Source of the DNA: Candidatus Zixiibacteriota bacterium
GTDB lineage: Bacteria; Zixibacteria; MSB-5A5; UBA10806; 4484-95
Reading direction: 5' to 3'
Length of the DNA stretch: 64,000 nt
NCBI GenBank assembly: GCA_037441845.1
Contig: JBBIRK010000005.1
Span: forward strand, 64,001 to 128,000
In this document: in pieces, positions 58,440 through 64,000 of the stretch
How positions within the stretch are numbered: position 1 is the stretch's first letter
How the letters are laid out: every line of letters begins with the position of its first letter
Notes under the pieces: generated by a model
What the model was told of the DNA's origin: nothing
What the model saw: the letters and a program-made list of their open reading frames with translations, nothing else
Databases searched by the model: none
Program-made: the position numbers and the translations under genes

Positions 58440-59564
58440 TCAGGCGGGATACAATCGATTGAAGGCCACTTTCAGCATACGATTTGAATACCGACAGAAA
58501 GCGGATCGTCGGACTATATCGAGGACCTGGGTTCGGCTCAATTTCAAATCACCGCACTCGAGTAGGCGGCCTGGATAATCATTGAAAAGCCTCAAGGTTG
58601 CGGCGGCCAGCATGACCGGTACGATAAGGAACATTCTTAATCCGAGATGCTTTACCGGAATCAAGTGTATGTATTCTATGGCGTCTTCGAAATGCCGCCG
58701 ACACATCTCGATAACTTTTCTCACCAGGCCGGCAAGATCTCCCCCGATCGACCCCGATCCGATACCGCCGAATGTGACGCCATAGCGATCGACTATCGTC
58801 TTCGGCAAAAAACAGATTCCTCGGCTGCTGTCGATTACCGCATCTTTCAAAATGTTCACTTTTTGCAATCCCAAACCGAACGACCGCCCCAGATTATGCA
58901 ATCGCTGTCTCATTTCCTGCTTAAACCTGGCATAGTCGCAGAAAATATCGGTGAGCATATGTCCGACCGTGCCCGCTACGTAATAGCAATAACGGTCCCA
59001 GTCCTCTTCGTCTTTCAGAAAACTTATCTGAGACGGCCGGGCGGAAACCATTTGAGTATAATGCGCCATTCCCATCGCCATCTCTTGAACCCGAGGATAT
59101 ATCCGCCTTTTGAATTCCGAAGGCAGGTCATCGGCCACGATCAAGATTTTATCGAGATTTCGAACCAGTTTCAGATTCGCAGGGCTTTCCGTTCCGGCGG
59201 TGTCTGAACAAACGCCGTTGGAGCCGAACGCATTCTGCAAATCCAAAAGCAACTCCGAGTCATAGTCGCCCGATACTTTAAGTAGTCGCGAGTACTTTTC
59301 CAGATAGGCCGATCGCATTTCCGCCGGTAAAGTCGTCGAATCTTCGAAAGTATCGGCGATGCGGCAGAGAAGGTAGGCAAGCCCGACCGGCCGCCCGAGC
59401 TTTCCCGGCAGGAATTTTATGGCCAGGTCGAAGGTTCTGGAAACCTGAGGGAGGATTTCTTTTGCGAATTGGTGCGCCTCGGATAACCTTTCTGCGGAAC
59501 GCGAGTCGTTTTCAAGTGATCCGAGCTTTATTTTTTCGAGCGAATACCGATCGGGTGAATTCAT
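58440..59564 (-). CDS. Squalene/phytoene synthase family protein (farnesyl-diphosphate farnesyltransferase-like)
   Basis: VSRTF, YLLCRIADTFED, YCYYVAGTVG, FGLGLQ.VNILKD, C.LP. Confidence 0.85.
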   Translation of the reverse strand: MNSPDRYSLEKIKLGSLENDSRSAERLSEAHQFAKEILPQVSRTFDLAIKFLPGKLGRPVGLAYLLCRIADTFEDSTTLPAEMRSAYLEKYSRLLKVSGDYDSELLLDLQNAFGSNGVCSDTAGTESPANLKLVRNLDKILIVADDLPSEFKRRIYPRVQEMAMGMAHYTQMVSARPSQISFLKDEEDWDRYCYYVAGTVGHMLTDIFCDYARFKQEMRQRLHNLGRSFGLGLQKVNILKDAVIDSSRGICFLPKTIVDRYGVTFGGIGSGSIGGDLAGLVRKVIEMCRRHFEDAIEYIHLIPVKHLGLRMFLIVPVMLAAATLRLFNDYPGRLLECGDLKLSRTQVLDIVRRSAFCRYSNRMLKVAFNRLYPA

Positions 59565-60715
59565 ACCAGTTCGAATGGATCAGTGAGTTTTTTATATTCC
59601 TGGCCTGCGTAGCGATCAGTCATCCCGGCGATATAATCGGCCACCACCACGTGCACGTCTTCTTCCTTGGTGCGGGCTTTGAATTGAGGCGGCAGTTGAT
59701 TCGGATTGTCAACGTAAGCCTCGAATAGAGTGCTGATAATTCTTTCCGCTTTTTCGGCCATCCTCACAAGCCGGTAATGACGATACATGTTGTCGAATAG
59801 ATATTGCTTGAGCCTAGCTTCTTTGTTAAGAACACTTTCGGAACGGCAGATCAAATTTTCCGGCAGCTTCCGGATTTCCTCCGGTGATTCGGGGCGGGCG
59901 TTTTCGAGTTTCTGCCGGCTGGCCGTAACGGCATCGGTGATCATTTCGTTGACCAAAGCTCTGACCATCTGATAACGATAAAGCGAACCGGTCAAATTCC
60001 GTCGATCAGGCGCTTGCCTCTCGTGAAGCTCGCGCCATAGTTCCACATCCATAAGATCTTCCGCCGATATCAATCCCGAACTCAATCCGTCATCGACATC
60101 ATGGCAGGTATAGGCGATTTCATCGGCGAGATTGACCACCTGACATTCGAGGGTCGCCCGTTCCGAGGGAAACAATTCGCCGTAATAGTCGGGGTTGTCG
60201 AAAAGCGTCTCATGCTTAAGTATCCCCTCCCTCACTTCGAACGTCAAATTAAGTCCGGGAAAATCGGGATAGCGTTTTTCCAGAAGCTCGACCACACGCA
60301 ATCCCTGGCGATTGTGCTCGAATCCGCCGTGTAGTCGCATCAGTCGATTGAGGGTGGCCTCTCCCGAATGCCCGAACGGAGTGTGGCCGAGATCATGCGC
60401 CAACGATATGGCCTCGGCCAGGTCCTCGTTCAGACGCAACGCCCGCGCGATTCCCCTGGCGATCTGAGCCACTTCTATCGTATGCGTAAGGCGCGTTCGA
60501 TAGTGATCTCCCTCATGGTTAACGAACACCTGGGTCTTATATTCGAGACGGCGGAAAGATGTAGAATGAATTATGCGTTCCCTATCGCGTTGAAAATCGG
60601 TTCGATACGGATGTTTGGGTTCATGATATTTCCGCCCCCTGGTGCGGCTGGATTTCATGGCATAAGGAGCAAGCTGCATCTCCTCGGCTCTTTCGAATTC
60701 TTCGGTCACATTCAT
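59561..60715 (-). CDS. dgt: Deoxyguanosinetriphosphate triphosphohydrolase (HD domain)
   Basis: RT.FQRDR.RIIH, FRRL.YKTQVF, RTRLTH, HDLGH.PFGH.GE, ADEIAY..HD, DYIAGMTD.YA. Confidence 0.95.
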   Translation of the reverse strand: MNVTEEFERAEEMQLAPYAMKSSRTRGRKYHEPKHPYRTDFQRDRERIIHSTSFRRLEYKTQVFVNHEGDHYRTRLTHTIEVAQIARGIARALRLNEDLAEAISLAHDLGHTPFGHSGEATLNRLMRLHGGFEHNRQGLRVVELLEKRYPDFPGLNLTFEVREGILKHETLFDNPDYYGELFPSERATLECQVVNLADEIAYTCHDVDDGLSSGLISAEDLMDVELWRELHERQAPDRRNLTGSLYRYQMVRALVNEMITDAVTASRQKLENARPESPEEIRKLPENLICRSESVLNKEARLKQYLFDNMYRHYRLVRMAEKAERIISTLFEAYVDNPNQLPPQFKARTKEEDVHVVVADYIAGMTDRYAGQEYKKLTDPFELV

Positions 60716-60834
60716 ATCAAACCTGAAACGTGGATAGCGGTTCCAAATCGCCCAAAATCGCGTTAAACGATTATTTATTATAAGCCATTGATCCGTCTTT
60801 GTAAAGCAGGAATTGGTTCAGCCGCCGGTCAATT

Positions 60835-62337
60835 TTATCGGAAGTAGCCTTCGGCGCGAATACTTCCTTGCAATTCATCTCCGAGACCGAGTTCGCCGCC
60901 GATATAATAATTGCCAAAAAGAGATAGATCACAACATATAAGTAAATCTCCTTTTCCATCCAGAAAATTCCTATTTCTGCAATAAAGGCGCGCCCGTTCC
61001 AATTCCCCTATCGCCATCTCCGTGGTGAAATAGCTTTTTTCATCGTCAACCCCTTTCCCTTCGAGAAAATATCCCCTGAATCCGAGACAGCGCAAAATCG
61101 GCGTTCCGGACAGCTCGAACCGGTTTTTCAACCAGAACCTTAGGCCGGATCGAAGAGTAGTGAGATTAAAAGATGTTCGGCTCGTGATCTTTTCTTTCAT
61201 GGGAATCGTCAAATTTCCTTTGACGAGAATGTGATATTTTTGCGAGGGCGAAGGCCACCATGATTGCATATCGATATTCACCCGACCGTTTCCGCCGCCG
61301 ATACCGAAACCTGATTCACCGGCCTGTGCCGAGCGAAAGCCGATCTTCTGCGCCGCTGGATAAAACGACCTATAATCATCGTTGGCTTCGCCCGAACAAT
61401 TATAGTTTTTGAAACCCGCAGAATAACTCCAGGCATCCGTTCGAATTGTGAATCCGGACATGCTTAAATCGATATTTCCGTGAAACCCGGGATTACCTTC
61501 TATTTCCGCCAGTTCGGCGCTTAATTTCGATCGCTCCCCCCGTCTTTTCCAATTGACTCCGAACGCCAGTCGCCGGTCGGCAACGGAATCCTGAGCGAAA
61601 TGATTATAACCGCAGTTGATCCCGAACGAATTTTCCGCCACCTTCAGATTGCCGCCGGCTCCCACGAAATTCTTGATCGCCCTCAGGTATTTTTTCTGGG
61701 ATAAATACAGACTGATGCTGGACGGCGCGCTTTCCGCTCTAATGAGCAAACCGTTGTAACAACCATTCAGTGGGTGAATATAATCGCCGACGGCGGTATC
61801 CGGGAAACCGGCGCTCGGCAAGTAATCGTATCTGCCTATCGTCAGGCCGTCTCCCTCATCGATATAATAATTGCCCGCTTTGATAGTAAAAACATCGCCG
61901 GCAAATATCAAGTTTCGTTTCCCTGATTCGATCCGTCCCCCCTCGTTAAACAGCTCGGTCATCGCGGAGATACCGCCCCTCGAGTAGGAAAAATAAGCCT
62001 TTCGTTTGGGTATGCGGACGGCGGAATATTGCTCATCATGGCCTATTTTTATGCCATAATCGGAATTATAGCGCCTCCACAACCGTCCATTTCGGCGCGA
62101 TTCCATATCGATGCAGGAATCCGCCGTTGTCCCTTGAGACTCAACCGTAAAATCAGCGATGCTCGTCAAATTTCCGTCTATGCTTTCGAGCAGCAATATG
62201 AACTTGTCGTAATCGATTTCGTCGGCGTAATAGGCTTGATAAATGTCATCGATGACTACATACTCGCTGCAATCCAGACCGCTGGAGACTGAGGTCAACA
62301 AGAAAGAAAAAATTATAATCAGCGCAAAAAGGATCAC
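60835..62337 (-). CDS. Hypothetical exported protein, probably outer-membrane beta-barrel
   Basis: Signal peptide, acidic helical N-region, many Gly/aromatic amphipathic strands, ends GYFR; translationally coupled to the sigma54 activator. Confidence 0.55.
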   Translation of the reverse strand: MILFALIIIFSFLLTSVSSGLDCSEYVVIDDIYQAYYADEIDYDKFILLLESIDGNLTSIADFTVESQGTTADSCIDMESRRNGRLWRRYNSDYGIKIGHDEQYSAVRIPKRKAYFSYSRGGISAMTELFNEGGRIESGKRNLIFAGDVFTIKAGNYYIDEGDGLTIGRYDYLPSAGFPDTAVGDYIHPLNGCYNGLLIRAESAPSSISLYLSQKKYLRAIKNFVGAGGNLKVAENSFGINCGYNHFAQDSVADRRLAFGVNWKRRGERSKLSAELAEIEGNPGFHGNIDLSMSGFTIRTDAWSYSAGFKNYNCSGEANDDYRSFYPAAQKIGFRSAQAGESGFGIGGGNGRVNIDMQSWWPSPSQKYHILVKGNLTIPMKEKITSRTSFNLTTLRSGLRFWLKNRFELSGTPILRCLGFRGYFLEGKGVDDEKSYFTTEMAIGELERARLYCRNRNFLDGKGDLLICCDLSLFGNYYIGGELGLGDELQGSIRAEGYFR

Positions 62338-63758
62338 TTCAAGCCATATTTATTGATCTTGCGATATAGGGTTCTTTCGCCGATACCGAGAATCGCAGCC
62401 GCTTTTTTGCGATTTCCATTAACCTCTCTAAGCGTCTGAGCGATCAGCGCCCTTTCGTTCTCGCTTAGGTTAAGGCTTTCTTTCTGATCCGGCAGACGCC
62501 CGGAATATCCGATATCGGGCCTTAGATTTTCCACCACGTATTGTCTCAAAAACCCGATTTCCTCTTTAATCGAAATCAAGGCCTGTATAATCAACTGATG
62601 TTCCGCCGCTTCCGGCGTTCTTCCCGTAGGTACCGGCAGGTTTCTATCATGGAGTGATTTTTCTCTAAGATATTTTTCAAAAGCTTCGAGCGTAATAATG
62701 CCGCGGTCCGAAAGGACAAGAAGCGATTCGATTACGTTTTTCATTTCGCGGGCGTTTCCGGGCCAGTCGTATTTGAGAAACAGCCGCAGGGCGTTGGATT
62801 CTATGCCTTTGCTCCCCGCTGCCGAGTATTTCGATTTTGCGATAATTTCATACACGAGTGGAGGAATATCGCGCGGGCGCGCCGACAGCGGCGGTATTAT
62901 GATGTTCACGACATTCAGTCTGTAGAAAAGGTCTTCACGAAATCTGCCGGCGCCGACTTCGACCATTAGATTCTTGTTGGTCGCAAAAATGAGCCGGGCA
63001 TCGGTCGCCACCAAACGATCGCCTCCGACCCGGAAAAAATGCTTGTCCTCAATCACTTTCAGCAATTTGACTTGCAGATCCGGCGGCAAGTCGCCGATTT
63101 CATCTATAAACAGCGTGCCTCCGGCGGCCAATTCAAAATAACCGAGCCGTCTTCCTTGGGCGCCGGTGAATGAACCCTTTTCATGACCGAACAGCTCCGA
63201 TTCAATCACTCCCGGCGCGAGTGAACCGATGTTTATGCCGTAAAATTTCTCAGGCGGACGGCCCGATCCTCCATGAATGGCTCTGGCCACCATCTCCTTG
63301 CCCGCACCCGAAGGACCGGTGATCAAGACCGTTATATCGGTTGGAGCCACTTGTTGAATCATGCGGGCAACCGCAATCATCTCCGCCGATCTGCCGGCCA
63401 ATCCGTATTGTTTCAAAAGTTCGCGCCCGGATTGCTGTTCGCGGAAAAAATCGGCGATCTCCTCAGGCCTGTCGTCATCGGAGAAAACGCCGTCACAGAA
63501 TTCGGCCACAGCCGGCAATCGTGATCCGCTGACCGCTGCGGTTATAATCGATGGCGACTCGAGATAAATCCTTTCGAGCAGCCTTGACGATGATGAGTCG
63601 AATCTCAGATCGAATAGTATCCCCTCGGGTGATTCTTTTTTCAGGGCCGATCCCATCGCCTGAGCGTCTTCGAAAATCATCAATCCTCCGAACAGCTTCC
63701 GCAAAGGCGGCGACATCGACGCCTGAAAGTCCTTGTCGGCAGACAGTATCCAGATCAT
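62334..63758 (-). CDS. Sigma54-dependent enhancer-binding protein (NtrC/Fis family) with degenerate receiver-like N-domain
   Basis: GPSGAGKE, ESELFGHEKGSFTGA, GGTLFIDEIG, FREDLFYRLNV, WPGN.RE, C-terminal Fis HTH (GNRKKAA.ILGI.ERTLYRK). Confidence 0.93.
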   Translation of the reverse strand: MIWILSADKDFQASMSPPLRKLFGGLMIFEDAQAMGSALKKESPEGILFDLRFDSSSSRLLERIYLESPSIITAAVSGSRLPAVAEFCDGVFSDDDRPEEIADFFREQQSGRELLKQYGLAGRSAEMIAVARMIQQVAPTDITVLITGPSGAGKEMVARAIHGGSGRPPEKFYGINIGSLAPGVIESELFGHEKGSFTGAQGRRLGYFELAAGGTLFIDEIGDLPPDLQVKLLKVIEDKHFFRVGGDRLVATDARLIFATNKNLMVEVGAGRFREDLFYRLNVVNIIIPPLSARPRDIPPLVYEIIAKSKYSAAGSKGIESNALRLFLKYDWPGNAREMKNVIESLLVLSDRGIITLEAFEKYLREKSLHDRNLPVPTGRTPEAAEHQLIIQALISIKEEIGFLRQYVVENLRPDIGYSGRLPDQKESLNLSENERALIAQTLREVNGNRKKAAAILGIGERTLYRKINKYGLK

Positions 63759-64000
63759 TTCGATCTCCGCTTTTTATCCGTCGACGGCAGCAGTTCAAGC
63801 GATCGTTTTTCGCTGTCAATTCTGGCCACGATCACCTTGATTTTGTCTCCCAGACGGAACACCTTCTTATTCCTACGGCCCGCAGCCTGGTGTCTTTTCT
63901 CGTCGAAAATATAATAGTCATCCCCAAAAGCGGAATAGGGGACGAAACCCTCGATAAACAGATCGTCTATTTCGACGAACAGTCCGTTACGGACCACACC
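63755..64000 (-). CDS. rnr: Ribonuclease R, C-terminal S1 domain (partial; runs off the window)
   Basis: GLFVEI....EG.V......DYY.FDE......GR.....FRLGD.I.V.V..I, followed by a basic tail. Confidence 0.85.
   Translation of the reverse strand, partial: GVVRNGLFVEIDDLFIEGFVPYSAFGDDYYIFDEKRHQAAGRRNKKVFRLGDKIKVIVARIDSEKRSLELLPSTDKKRRSK

Noticed and set aside
1..64000. CRISPR arrays, tRNA/rRNA genes, IS elements, reverse transcriptase or DGR repeats
   Set aside because: I saw no regularly spaced repeats, cloverleaf or rRNA signatures, transposase or RT motifs. The RNase H-fold ORFs have no RT partner or terminal repeats. Short or divergent ncRNAs could still be missed without a covariance-model search.

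Overview
This is a 64-kb, gene-dense chromosomal segment of a diderm (LPS-producing) bacterium of the FCB supergroup. The Cys-containing dockerin, the YPNPFN-type C-terminal sorting domains and the Bacteroidota-like LptD suggest candidate phylum Zixibacteria or a relative (inference only). Housekeeping content: fused LptA-like/LptD, rqcH-xerC-hslVU, yicC-gmk-rpoZ-topA, sdhDCAB, split class I fumarase, rpmA, mcsA-mcsB-clpC, lysS-lolE-lolD, K+-dependent membrane pyrophosphatase plus NSS symporter, polar amino-acid ABC transporter, pspC/LiaF-like stress genes, holA, ECF sigma/anti-sigma, dGTPase, squalene-synthase-like gene, a sigma54 activator and the 3' end of rnr. Accessory content: three secreted peptidases (S8, M1, M14) with sorting domains, a dockerin-bearing Asp-box propeller protein and a minor type IV pilin cluster. 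I found no tRNA, rRNA, CRISPR array, transposon or prophage. There are two best candidates for undescribed biology. (1) A pgsB-pgsC-pgsW poly-gamma-glutamate operon lacks pgsA/capD but continues into a tandem-repeat exported protein, a basic outer-membrane beta-barrel and a pcm methyltransferase, which may be an outer-membrane export route for the polymer. (2) Two paralogous, apparently catalytically dead RNase HI-fold genes lie 48 kb apart, each behind a near-identical sigma54 promoter and each directly upstream of a secreted-peptidase locus. All calls come from reading the sequence by eye; no database searches were run.
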